A stretch of DNA of 49,383 bases from a virus (taxonomy: Duplodnaviria; Caudoviricetes): positions 1-49,383 of the IMG/VR virus record IMGVR_UViG_3300027533_000027; one strand, written 5' to 3'. Positions 1 through 9,296 of this stretch are shown one piece after another. The notes beneath the pieces are model-generated. The model searched no databases. It had not been told where the DNA came from and worked only from the letters and a program-made list of their open reading frames with translations. Within the stretch, counting starts at the first letter, position 1. Each line of letters starts with the position of its first letter. The translations under genes were made by a program, and so were the position numbers.

Positions 1-2
1 GG

Positions 3-722
3 TCGCGTCACCTATCGGGCGCAGGCGGGACAACGGACCAGTTGCAACAGCATTGGAACAACATAGGGACGCTACCGGTTGAGCAAGGAACATACGAAAT
101 TAAACCCCGGTGGTATCGCAACTACATTGCCTATGCGGAGCAACGGACGAATAGACCACAACCGCAAAAGGAATTGGAAATCGTCGCGGGATATTTCAAC
201 TACAACGGGTACTATGACCACGTTGCCGCCAAACTTCCAAGCAACGGCATTGCCGTAGAAGTAGGTTGTTTGTACGGTCGCTCCGCAATCTATCTATCCC
301 AAGCGCTAAAGAAACACGGCAAGCGTACCGCGTTGTTCGCTGTTGATTTTGGGCTAGGGGTAGGACAAAGGCATGTTGATTACGGGTACGTTGGTACATT
401 GTTCGCCAACGTGCGGGAGTGCGGAGCATCTGACAACATCGGAATACTTGCAACCGAATCAACCTTTGCAAGCAAAGCGTTTGCAGACAATTCGCTAGAC
501 TTCGTTTTCCTAGATGCCGCGCACGATTACCAATCTGTAAAAGCGGATTTACAATGTTGGTATCCTAAAATCAAGATTGGCGGAACTATCGCGGGGCATG
601 ATTGGGCGCATCGGGATTACCCCGGTGTAACGAAAGCGGTACTAGAGTTTTTCAATCGTACTGAAAAATCATATCTTACCGCGAAACAATGTCCCGATGT
701 ATGGGAATGGGTAAAACTATGA
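3..722 (+). CDS. 5'-truncated protein with class I SAM-dependent methyltransferase domain (Methyltransf_24-like); probably the C-terminal half of the GT2 gene at the window end
   Basis: VEVGCLYGRS SAM motif, DFVFLDAAHDY, GGTIAGHDW; frame is open back to base 3 (SRHLSG...). Confidence 0.85.
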   Translation, partial: SRHLSGAGGTTDQLQQHWNNIGTLPVEQGTYEIKPRWYRNYIAYAEQRTNRPQPQKELEIVAGYFNYNGYYDHVAAKLPSNGIAVEVGCLYGRSAIYLSQALKKHGKRTALFAVDFGLGVGQRHVDYGYVGTLFANVRECGASDNIGILATESTFASKAFADNSLDFVFLDAAHDYQSVKADLQCWYPKIKIGGTIAGHDWAHRDYPGVTKAVLEFFNRTEKSYLTAKQCPDVWEWVKL

Positions 723-877
723 TGCGTGCAATTCTCATCAATCAAACAATCAATACTATCGCATTGATGGTATTGATTTTCTGCGCCGGCCTAGTAATCG
801 GGTACGTCGCCAACAATTCGTATTGGTTGTTTATGATTCACAACTTTTACGAAATGCGATATGTACCCCGCGCCTAA
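719..877 (+). CDS. Small single-TM membrane protein, last gene of the late arm
   Basis: ATGA overlap with upstream stop; hydrophobic IALMVLIFCAGLVIGYVA; converges on polA. Confidence 0.5.
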   Translation: MMRAILINQTINTIALMVLIFCAGLVIGYVANNSYWLFMIHNFYEMRYVPRA

Positions 878-2826
878 ACCGCAACGCGCGGGATATGATC
901 CAAGTACGTCGCATCCGCTTTGTTGTACTGCAAAGGTTTTGCAGATTTACTAGCGGATTTCCAATCCTTTGCGGACATACCTACACTACAGCGGATCGGT
1001 ACTCGCAACGGTATAGTTAGCGTTTCCATAAACGCTACTAAGTCGCGGATGGTTCGCGGGTCATTCGCAATTTCTATTGGTGCTTGCAATAGAATTTCAT
1101 CATGCACGCTTGCAACGAATTCAATTCCCGTACCGTCAATCATAGTGCATAGCGCAACGGTACGCTCTTTCATCCAATCCGCTGCCGATGATTGGTTGAG
1201 CGTGTTGAATCCGCGATACGCTTTGTCTGGCGGGAGTACGCGACGCCTGCCGAACATATTTCGTACATGCCCGCGCGCTTTCAATACCCGTTCAATATCT
1301 CGCATCGTTGCTTTCATTGTTGGGAAAGTACGATGATAGGTATTGTAAACGTGCAATGCACGGGCGGCAGCAAGGGACATAAAGTATGCTTGCTCTTGCT
1401 CCCGTGGAATGTCCCCCGATGCAATCATTAGTTCTACTTGCTCTTTAATGATTCCCACCAATTCAACATTGGACGAAAGTTGTTTTGTGAGTTTCTTTTT
1501 CCCTTCGCCAAATGCAATACCGAAGTTAATCGTTTTCGCTGGTTTACGACTAACCCCGCATTGTAACCCTACCCATTCATGGAAATCGGTATCCGGGTTT
1601 TCATGGAAAGCAGCGATTGCGGACGCATCTTGTATATAGTGAACGATAAACCGAAATTCAATTTGCGATGCGTCAATTGATATGAACGCATATCCGGGTT
1701 TCGGATGTACTAGCATCTTTGCTAATTCGTTCAATTGCTGCGCGTTGGGGTCGCTGCAAGATAATCGACCCGTTCTAACACATTGATTGTATATCGGGTG
1801 CAATCTGCCGTTTCTATGCAACCGTTGCCAAGGGGTTAGAAACAACGAATTAAATTGACTATGCTTACGGTACTCTTGCATCAATACAATCAAATCAATC
1901 GGCGCGTGCGGTTGAGCAAGGTACATTGCAAGCGCGTACTTGTCAAATGACGGGTTATTAGTTTCTTCCCCGTGTTTGTCTTTTGTGTACGCTAGTACCG
2001 GCAATCCATACTGATTGCAAAGTACGTCGTAAGCATCTTCGTTTACATGCGGGCGGAATGATCGTCCGCAAATTTTGGTTAGCTCATCATCTATTTTGAG
2101 CATCCGATTAAGTGTTTTGTATTCGGTAATCTGCAATTCAGTTGGATCAATCGGCATACCGTTACGTTCCATTTCGTATAGCCGTTTGGTCAACTCAATT
2201 TCTGTATTCCAGACTCCCCCGGATTCCTCCGGTAAGTTGGCAAGTAAGAAACCCCACAAGCGGCGGTTTGTCAAAACGTCTTGACAAGCGTACTCGCCTA
2301 GAATGTCGGCGGGTATGCGTCCGTAATCCTGATTGTTGACAAGATACGGTTTCAATCTTGCTTCGTACTTGGATATATCTTCGCTCAACCATGAAAGCGA
2401 AAGAGCGTCCAACCCGTACCCGCCGCGCATGATTCTATCCGAGTCAATCAACTTGGATAGTGTCAACGTGCAAATAAACTTACACTTCGGAATGATGTTA
2501 AGTTGATTTGCTAAAACGTGCGCATCGTATTTGATGTTGTGGTTAATCCAATAATCACAATTCATCAAAACATCATACAACCAATCTGCCGCCGCTTGCT
2601 GGTCCGCATGTTCCCAATGTTGGAAGGGAATGTAATATGCGTTAGGACAATCATCAACCGTAATCGCAATTCCAGCGATTCCGCAATGATGCCAAGGGTT
2701 TAACGAGTCTTGTTTTTCATCCCCGCTAGTTGTCTCAAAATCCAGAAACACACTAGAAGCGCCAACGAAGTTTGGCAACTCGGATGGATGGTTTACTAAT
2801 ATACCACCATTCTCAAAACGTATCAT
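874..2826 (-). CDS. polA: Family A DNA polymerase with 3'-5' exonuclease
   Basis: ExoI FLDFETT, ExoII HNIKYD, ExoIII YACQD, RTGRLSCSDPNAQQ, motif A DASQIEFR, motif B RKPAKTINFGIAFG, motif C VHDE; start placed at the ATG after a GGAAAGGG RBS. Confidence 0.96.
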   Translation of the reverse strand: MIRFENGGILVNHPSELPNFVGASSVFLDFETTSGDEKQDSLNPWHHCGIAGIAITVDDCPNAYYIPFQHWEHADQQAAADWLYDVLMNCDYWINHNIKYDAHVLANQLNIIPKCKFICTLTLSKLIDSDRIMRGGYGLDALSLSWLSEDISKYEARLKPYLVNNQDYGRIPADILGEYACQDVLTNRRLWGFLLANLPEESGGVWNTEIELTKRLYEMERNGMPIDPTELQITEYKTLNRMLKIDDELTKICGRSFRPHVNEDAYDVLCNQYGLPVLAYTKDKHGEETNNPSFDKYALAMYLAQPHAPIDLIVLMQEYRKHSQFNSLFLTPWQRLHRNGRLHPIYNQCVRTGRLSCSDPNAQQLNELAKMLVHPKPGYAFISIDASQIEFRFIVHYIQDASAIAAFHENPDTDFHEWVGLQCGVSRKPAKTINFGIAFGEGKKKLTKQLSSNVELVGIIKEQVELMIASGDIPREQEQAYFMSLAAARALHVYNTYHRTFPTMKATMRDIERVLKARGHVRNMFGRRRVLPPDKAYRGFNTLNQSSAADWMKERTVALCTMIDGTGIEFVASVHDEILLQAPIEIANDPRTIRDLVAFMETLTIPLRVPIRCSVGMSAKDWKSASKSAKPLQYNKADATYLDHIPRVAV

Positions 2827-3628
2827 GCAATTTCCCTTTCCACCATCCAATATAATTATGCAAGCGGAGCGAATCGCAATATGCTTTGTGGAACATCGGT
2901 TTATATTCTGTTATGTCAAACTCTTTGCAGAATATACCCGGTACGTTTTTTCCTAACCAATTGCGTACTTGTCCGCAGTATCTTGATTGCCAATCTTGCT
3001 GTTTCCAATGATCCAATAGAAACAAATCAATTTGGCGTTGTACCCATTCGTTGCTAGTGTCACATAGCAACCATTGCCATTCGCCATTAGTTAGCGCGCG
3101 GTTTTCTATTGGATGAATGGGAATTGTTGTATCACAATGTACGCTGCCTACACTCCAAGTAATGCGGCGAAAGTCGCGTACATATTCTCTAGGCGGCAAC
3201 CTATTGCCAAAATAGTGATACATTGATTCTGTTGACCATCCGTTAGGCATGTTGGTTATCAATTCCAACTCTGCCCAATTCAACGGTAAATGCGAATCAA
3301 ATTCCCCATCATTTTCTGCAATGGGTCTATCTCGCAACTCGCCAATAGCATCGTAAACGCTGGTTAGCGTTTCATTCATTTGCGGCGGCGCGATATTGAA
3401 ATTCGCGCCTTTGTATGCAACTAGGTAATTGTACGAATGCAAATTGCAACCGGCGAAATTCGGACTAATCGCGTATATCCATGCAACGCGATAGCCGAAT
3501 TGTTCCGCCAATTGAATTTGCAAATCAACATCGGGGTTGCCAATATCATCGGGTGTATTCTGTACCAATATCGGTACACCCTCAATAATGGCATCATGCC
3601 AGCAACCGTCAAGTTGGTTGACAATCAC
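2813..3628 (-). CDS. Degenerate (probably inactive) C5-cytosine DNA methyltransferase-like protein
   Basis: Ordered remnants: VQNTP (~ENV), GYRV...FAG...YLVAYK, SVYDAIGEL, IHPIENRALTNGEW (~motif IX), LGKNVP (~GNAVP); FxGxG and PC motifs absent. Confidence 0.55.
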   Translation of the reverse strand: MIVNQLDGCWHDAIIEGVPILVQNTPDDIGNPDVDLQIQLAEQFGYRVAWIYAISPNFAGCNLHSYNYLVAYKGANFNIAPPQMNETLTSVYDAIGELRDRPIAENDGEFDSHLPLNWAELELITNMPNGWSTESMYHYFGNRLPPREYVRDFRRITWSVGSVHCDTTIPIHPIENRALTNGEWQWLLCDTSNEWVQRQIDLFLLDHWKQQDWQSRYCGQVRNWLGKNVPGIFCKEFDITEYKPMFHKAYCDSLRLHNYIGWWKGKLHDTF

Positions 3629-3631
3629 GGT

Positions 3632-4102
3632 TTACCCTTTCGCGGGCGCGGGTACGGTTGCGACCGCAGGCGCGGGCGGGGTTTGCTGGGAGCGCTTGAT
3701 TGCCGAAATTACGGCATCGTAAGGGGTGGTTGAGCGACGTAGGCGACCCGCCCGGTACGCTTCTAGCATTTTGCCCGCTGTTTCCACGGTGTACTGCCTA
3801 CCCGCCATAGATTCGCCTAGCAGCGGTTCTAGCGGCAGATTGTGTTGAGCGGCTATATGGAGTACCCCTAGCTGTAAGTCGCCTAGAGCGGCCAGCAATG
3901 CGCCACCGTTGCCACTAGCTAGGGCTAGTTCCACCTTCGCCCCCAACATGGCAATTTGGAGCGAAGCGGGCATTTGCTTAATCAACTTCGCCGCTGCTTT
4001 TTGCGCGGAGTCATTTTCCACCAATTCCGTTTTCTCTGCGCCGTCAAAAACACAATGAGCGCTGCTCAACTTCCGCGCCAAAATGTCAATGAAAATCTGC
4101 AT
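3632..4102 (-). CDS. Hypothetical protein resembling a degenerate MazG-like NTP pyrophosphohydrolase
   Basis: ELALA...LLAALGDLQLGVLHIAAQHNLPLE resembles the EL..A...DALGD...A..GLPL pattern, without the metal-binding acidic residues. Confidence 0.35.
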   Translation of the reverse strand: MQIFIDILARKLSSAHCVFDGAEKTELVENDSAQKAAAKLIKQMPASLQIAMLGAKVELALASGNGGALLAALGDLQLGVLHIAAQHNLPLEPLLGESMAGRQYTVETAGKMLEAYRAGRLRRSTTPYDAVISAIKRSQQTPPAPAVATVPAPAKG

Positions 4103-4271
4103 TGCTTAAATCCTTTTGCGCTAGATAATCATTGCAACTGAATTCGTCTAGCTCGCATTCAGCCGCACCACAAATAACACAACAACCCAATTCAGGACAT
4201 TGCGGACAAGGTTGTACATCATGCGTCGCGGCATTGTCTTTACGTCGCTGTTTTTCTTCTGGCGTAGGCAT
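4086..4271 (-). CDS. Small Cys-rich hypothetical protein
   Basis: CPQCPELGCCVICGAAEC; overlaps both neighbours in operon style. Confidence 0.5.
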   Translation of the reverse strand: MPTPEEKQRRKDNAATHDVQPCPQCPELGCCVICGAAECELDEFSCNDYLAQKDLSNADFH

Positions 4272-7159
4272 TAGTATTCCTTTCGCAAATGCGGCGGTTT
4301 ATCTGTAAACCCGCCACGCTCTAGCAAGTCTTTAAGCATAACGATAAACTTTGCAGTCTTTCGATAATGCTTACCATCCCGTATCAACGCATGTTTGCGG
4401 ACGAATACGGAAAGTAGTTCCGTTGCTTCTGGTCTATCCCATCCGCACCAATCGCACAAATCTTGTACGTCAATGCGATTCTTTGCAATGAGTTGTTTGA
4501 TTAGATCGGCAGGGTACGGACTACACGAAATCGCTTTTTGTATTTGTTCCGGGTCAATCAAACTTTGCGATATGTTGATTGCTTTTGTGTAGTCCAGATA
4601 CCCGAACACATTTGATGAGTAAATGCGGCGAAGAAAATTAACAATGTATTCAACGTGACAAGGGTACACAATGAGCGTTGTGAAATCTTCGGAACAACTA
4701 AAGGTACGGGCGGCAATGCTTGCAGACAACCGCGCCAACTTGTACCGCATAGACCCGCGATCAATTAGCGGGATTGCATCGGTAAACATATCACAAAGTT
4801 TAGTTGCTTCGCTCAATATCAACGCTGTTGCCTCATCATCAAATACAACTTCGTTTTTGCTTCTAGTCCATGCCCAAAGAATTAGGGAGCGGCACAAATC
4901 GCCAGTATGGTTATGATTCACTTGCGGGCGGGATTTCTGCAATATGTTTAGTTGCTCAACATCAATTTCGGTTGAGGATACTAACATAGAAAAATCAAAG
5001 CGCCTTACATCTTCTAGTCCGCCAACCAATTCTTTGATTGCCTCAATGCCGAAATTGTATTGAGATAGTCGCATATCACTACGCGGATTACTGATTGCGA
5101 TAAGTCGCGTACGCGCATGCGTGCGGCGTTTTTCAATCTTAGGGATTTCTGCAATCCCGCTGCTACGCATATCGGTTAGCTTTCCGATTACTTCGGTTTG
5201 CGCGCCTTTCAATTCTTCCAGTATCACTAGCCGTTTGTCATGCGTAGGGATGATACCCCAACTCACAAAGAATCTGCCGCCTAGCTGTTGCAATCCTCCC
5301 AACAATCCGGCAACGGTTGCATTCTTACATTCAACCTTTGTACCTAGATTGTAGTGAGCTAATAGACCACCGTTGCCAGTAGTCCCGCAAGCAACTTCGC
5401 TTTTGCCTTGTGAGCTATCGCCAAGTATTAGAGTTTCTACCCATCCCTTAATTGTCTTTCCGTCGAATGGGAAGAATAGCGGCGAATGATATGCTAGATC
5501 AACTGACAAATGCAAATCGCGGCGTTGAAAAATTCGCGTTACGTTTGCCTCAAAATCTGCATATACATCGTCTAGCTTTCGCTGTATCGCGGATGCGCTC
5601 CATTCATCCGGCCAAAACTGTCCTAGCGCTTCTAGGTGGTCGCATTTGTAAGTTGACAACGCATCTTGTGTAGTGTTGTACTTACTAATCAACAATGTTG
5701 ATTGTTGCGTTTTTGGATGTGGGAACATTCGTCCCGTTAGATCGTATGATTCGTTTAGCTCTAGTCCGTCCCCAATGCAAAACGCTGGTTGCATTACTCT
5801 ATCGGCGGAACGGTTAGTTATTTCTAACTGCGGAGAAATCCTCGCATCTTCTACGTTGTAATGCGACAAGGGAAGGAAATCGCACGCTTTGCAGATTCGC
5901 GGTATGCCAACTGCCGATTTAACAACTTCTAGTTGTTGCCCCTTATGCGAGTTGACCAATTCCAATATATGCGGGGATTCGGCAGCAATCGCATATTCGT
6001 TTTTATCATCTAACGAAACTGGACATACGGAACAAAACTTTTGATCCCGTTCACAAATGATTTGCAATTCATTTGGAACAATGTAAGGCGATGTATCCAT
6101 TGTGGATATTACCGCTTTGACTGCAATACGCTTTCCCGCAACTCTTGCATGTATTGCTTGCGTCAACTCCATTGATTCGGGCGGGGAATCATCGTCATAG
6201 ACTGCGGACAACTCCGGTACGAATTCCTGCGCCACTTCTAACAGCGGGAGTAGTTGACCGTTGTTTTCCGGTCCAACATAATCGTTTATGTCCCCTTTGG
6301 GGTACTTCTCAATATCCAGCGGGAGCAAGATAGGTTGACCAATCCAAGCGGCAACGCGACTAATTTGTAATGCGTGTTGCCTTGCTGCCTTGATTCCGGC
6401 AGCGTCTATATCAAGGCAAACCCAAACGGTTTTACCTTCCAACTCTTTAACCATTGCATTGCTTAGGTTTCCTTCGCCGCTAGTTGCGGTTACGCATCCG
6501 ATGCCATGCCGGTTAAGTTGTCGTTTTGCAACGATTGCTTTGCACTCGCCCCCTACTACTAGGATGCGATTGTATTTGAGTTGACTAGCCGGAAACCATC
6601 TAACTTCGCCATGCCCCTTAGTATTTCGCATCTTCTCTTTACCCGGCGCGCCGGGTAAATACTTGCGAAGGTTGACGAAATGACCGGCAGCGTTAGGAAT
6701 CGGAATCTGTATCCGTCCCCCATCCTCCCCTAGTCTAAACTCCCGTATATCCTCATCCGTCAAACCCCTTATGTATAGCTCTTTAAGCAGCGGGAGCGCG
6801 GACCATATAGCAGCGTGGTAGCGCTCAACTAGCGCGGGGTCGATTAGCTTTGCTTGCTCTATTGGGTAGCGGGTCGCTAGATCGGTTAGAACTATGGCGC
6901 GAGAAGTTTTGAGTAGGCGCGCAAGATAGCTAACGAAATCGCCATCCGCATGACAACCGGCAACGGGACAATTGAAAACCCGTTTCCGAATGTTGATATG
7001 GCAACTAGGGGAATCGTCAGGATGAAACGGGCATCTAACTTTTACTTCGTCTTGCGTTGACCACTCAAATTTTTGCCCGCAACGCTCCAATTCCGCTAGG
7101 ACATTTACAGCGTCCAAATCGGCCATTGCAATATATTCCGGTTCCACCGTGCGCATCAT
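4271..7159 (-). CDS. Primase-helicase: CHC2 zinc finger + TOPRIM + MCM-like AAA+ helicase
   Basis: CPFH..C..C at the N-terminus; VVGGECKA...CLDID TOPRIM-like; C4 zinc site (CERDQKFCSVC...CKAC); Walker A GDSSQGKS, TVAGLLGG, ILEE, ISNP, RRFD arginine finger. Confidence 0.85.
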   Translation of the reverse strand: MMRTVEPEYIAMADLDAVNVLAELERCGQKFEWSTQDEVKVRCPFHPDDSPSCHINIRKRVFNCPVAGCHADGDFVSYLARLLKTSRAIVLTDLATRYPIEQAKLIDPALVERYHAAIWSALPLLKELYIRGLTDEDIREFRLGEDGGRIQIPIPNAAGHFVNLRKYLPGAPGKEKMRNTKGHGEVRWFPASQLKYNRILVVGGECKAIVAKRQLNRHGIGCVTATSGEGNLSNAMVKELEGKTVWVCLDIDAAGIKAARQHALQISRVAAWIGQPILLPLDIEKYPKGDINDYVGPENNGQLLPLLEVAQEFVPELSAVYDDDSPPESMELTQAIHARVAGKRIAVKAVISTMDTSPYIVPNELQIICERDQKFCSVCPVSLDDKNEYAIAAESPHILELVNSHKGQQLEVVKSAVGIPRICKACDFLPLSHYNVEDARISPQLEITNRSADRVMQPAFCIGDGLELNESYDLTGRMFPHPKTQQSTLLISKYNTTQDALSTYKCDHLEALGQFWPDEWSASAIQRKLDDVYADFEANVTRIFQRRDLHLSVDLAYHSPLFFPFDGKTIKGWVETLILGDSSQGKSEVACGTTGNGGLLAHYNLGTKVECKNATVAGLLGGLQQLGGRFFVSWGIIPTHDKRLVILEELKGAQTEVIGKLTDMRSSGIAEIPKIEKRRTHARTRLIAISNPRSDMRLSQYNFGIEAIKELVGGLEDVRRFDFSMLVSSTEIDVEQLNILQKSRPQVNHNHTGDLCRSLILWAWTRSKNEVVFDDEATALILSEATKLCDMFTDAIPLIDRGSMRYKLARLSASIAARTFSCSEDFTTLIVYPCHVEYIVNFLRRIYSSNVFGYLDYTKAINISQSLIDPEQIQKAISCSPYPADLIKQLIAKNRIDVQDLCDWCGWDRPEATELLSVFVRKHALIRDGKHYRKTAKFIVMLKDLLERGGFTDKPPHLRKEY

Positions 7160-7162
7160 GCG

Positions 7163-7199
7163 ACCCTAGCGCGGCACGATAGATAGACCGCGCTAGGGT
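7163..7199. promoter_or_regulatory. 12-bp stem hairpin directly upstream of the primase-helicase start
   Basis: ACCCTAGCGCGG (7163-7174) / CCGCGCTAGGGT (7188-7199). Confidence 0.6.
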
Positions 7200-7220
7200 T
7201 TATTACAACGCTGTTACTGC

Positions 7221-8120
7221 TTAGTATTCTCCCTTACCTACGGTTGCATCGCTTGGCGGAACAACAGTACCGGGTACGGTATCCGTTGCATCATCGTCGT
7301 AATTCGCTTGCAACAAACCTTGACGATGGATTTCCTCAAAAGATTCGTACATGCGTCCGAATTCTTCGTACATCGCAACATCCTCAACCCAAGGGGACAT
7401 ATACCCATCGGCGTTAGGATCGGTAATAGATGGGTTGTCAACATCAAACCCCATCCATTCATATTTGTCGTTGCGATGTACTGCCGCGCTTGCTTGGAAA
7501 ACGCAACCAAATACATCGGTACGGCGCGCGTTAATCTTGTCCGCAAACGCGCGTCCGTACTTATGCTCCCCGCGCATGAAACCCATTACCACGGGAGTAC
7601 CAAACAATTCATGGTTGAGCAACATGCAAATAAAGTTTAGATGCTCAACATACTTGCACGTTTCCCCCGCGAATTCAACGCAAGGAATTTCCTTTCGCTG
7701 GCGTGCGAAATTCGCAAGCGCGCTATTTGGATCGGTGGTCCGCTCCCGAATGAAAGGCAACGTACCCTTTGCAGCTAACGGATTCTGCAAAGTAAATTCG
7801 GGGTAGAAGAAAATCGGAACGAAGTGAAACGGAAAACCACCCTTGTCTAGCGGCTTATGTGTTTTCTCATCAAACATATAATCCGCAACCAACGTCAACC
7901 CGCTGGATTGAACGCAAACCGTAGTCCCCTGCGCAAACTGATTGTACGGGGGTTGTGCCAGCGCTTGAATGATTTTCAATCGCGGCGGAACAACGTATTG
8001 CCCCAAGAGTTGAGTACCCTTGATTTGCCCGCGCTGCTTTTGCAAGTGCGCGGGGAGTTGTGTTTGCACAACTGCGGGTACTGCGGACGCGGCAACCGTC
8101 AATGCTTTGTTTTCTGCCAT
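7221..8120 (-). CDS. Putative single-stranded DNA-binding / replication protein
   Basis: Position in replication module, PRLKIIQ motif, acidic C-terminal tail ending in an aromatic residue; AAGGA RBS before ATG 8120. Confidence 0.5.
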   Translation of the reverse strand: MAENKALTVAASAVPAVVQTQLPAHLQKQRGQIKGTQLLGQYVVPPRLKIIQALAQPPYNQFAQGTTVCVQSSGLTLVADYMFDEKTHKPLDKGGFPFHFVPIFFYPEFTLQNPLAAKGTLPFIRERTTDPNSALANFARQRKEIPCVEFAGETCKYVEHLNFICMLLNHELFGTPVVMGFMRGEHKYGRAFADKINARRTDVFGCVFQASAAVHRNDKYEWMGFDVDNPSITDPNADGYMSPWVEDVAMYEEFGRMYESFEEIHRQGLLQANYDDDATDTVPGTVVPPSDATVGKGEY

Positions 8121-8197
8121 GATACACAAATCCTTAATGAGAAGTGAGAGAACAACAAACAACATACAACATTCGTCTTTCGGTCTAGTTGGCGGGA

Positions 8198-8767
8198 CTA
8201 GGAATCGCCTAGCACCCCCTTTCGTTTCAATAAGCGTACTTCGGGCAATGTATATGTTTCGTTGGGGTCGATGCCATCGGGGAGCGGCAAACCGTTTGCG
8301 GCAAGTCTGGCAACTAGCGCTTGGAATCCCGGCCAGTTGACTTTAACAACTTCGGTTTCTTCTTCGCCTAGTGGGGATATTACTTTCCCCTCATCCCATA
8401 GCATCGGGTCGATTCCAAGATATGTCATTAGCGCCCGGTAATTCTTTGGGTCTTTTTCGACCGTAGGAATATGGGCGCAAATCTTAGGTACTGGCGTACC
8501 CGTGCAATAGTCCGTTTTGATCGGTTTGCCGCCAGCAAGTTGCGACCATTTCAAGCAAACAATAGATTGCGCTAGTTTGCTAAGTCGCGTCATTTCCTTT
8601 CGGGTATCGTCAACGTACTTATCCGCTTCCCGCATTGCGTAAGCAATATCGCAATTTTCTTCGTTTGTATTGTGCGGGACCATTGCAGTTAGCTCAACTG
8701 CAAGTTTGTAAATGGTTTCATGTAACTCCCGCGCCTTGCGGTAAATTTCCTGCGCTGTTGGGTGCAT
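8198..8767 (-). CDS. Hypothetical replication-module protein
   Basis: 189-aa ORF collinear with the operon. Confidence 0.7.
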   Translation of the reverse strand: MHPTAQEIYRKARELHETIYKLAVELTAMVPHNTNEENCDIAYAMREADKYVDDTRKEMTRLSKLAQSIVCLKWSQLAGGKPIKTDYCTGTPVPKICAHIPTVEKDPKNYRALMTYLGIDPMLWDEGKVISPLGEEETEVVKVNWPGFQALVARLAANGLPLPDGIDPNETYTLPEVRLLKRKGVLGDS

Positions 8768-8784
8768 GGTCCTATTGCCCTATG

Positions 8785-8970
8785 TTAGTGAACGAAACCC
8801 CGTTTTGCGTCCCGCGCTTTTTCGATGTTCTCCGCAGCGTCTTTTGCGGGTACTTGATTGTTGTATTGCTCAACCATTTCTTCCATCGTCAATTCCGTAT
8901 GGAATTGGAAAAACCGTTTCCAATGGTATTGCAACAACTCTTGATATTGCTCCCAACTATGAATCATCAT
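8785..8970 (-). CDS. Hypothetical protein
   Basis: ATGA overlap with upstream gene. Confidence 0.55.
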   Translation of the reverse strand: MMIHSWEQYQELLQYHWKRFFQFHTELTMEEMVEQYNNQVPAKDAAENIEKARDAKRGFVH

Positions 8971-9296
8971 CCTAAAACCCTTTCAATGTAATCATGCTCA
9001 ACAGCATTGTACAACAATGCCTTAAACTCCCCATACTCATTGGCGAGTGCGGCAACCATCGTAACCACCGGAATTTGATGCCCGGTAATAACGATGTAAT
9101 CCGAATCAGGATTGTACGATTGCGTTTTGAGCGATGCTAGAATTTCGTCGCTCAAATCTTTCGTATCGAAAATGGAGCAACGCGCCGCATCGGGCGGAAA
9201 GATATATTCAACCTTTCCGAATCGTGCGGCGTTGTCTAGTCGCTGCTTGACCGGTTCCAACACAAATACCCGGATGATTGCGGTGGTCGCTCCCAT
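8967..9296 (-). CDS. Hypothetical protein
   Basis: Stop/start coupled to the helicase gene. Confidence 0.7.
   Translation of the reverse strand: MGATTAIIRVFVLEPVKQRLDNAARFGKVEYIFPPDAARCSIFDTKDLSDEILASLKTQSYNPDSDYIVITGHQIPVVTMVAALANEYGEFKALLYNAVEHDYIERVLG

Noticed and set aside
874-2826. PolA as a Z-genome (DpoZ-type) polymerase
   Set aside because: No PurZ or dATPase gene recognised, and the MazG-like ORF appears to lack catalytic residues
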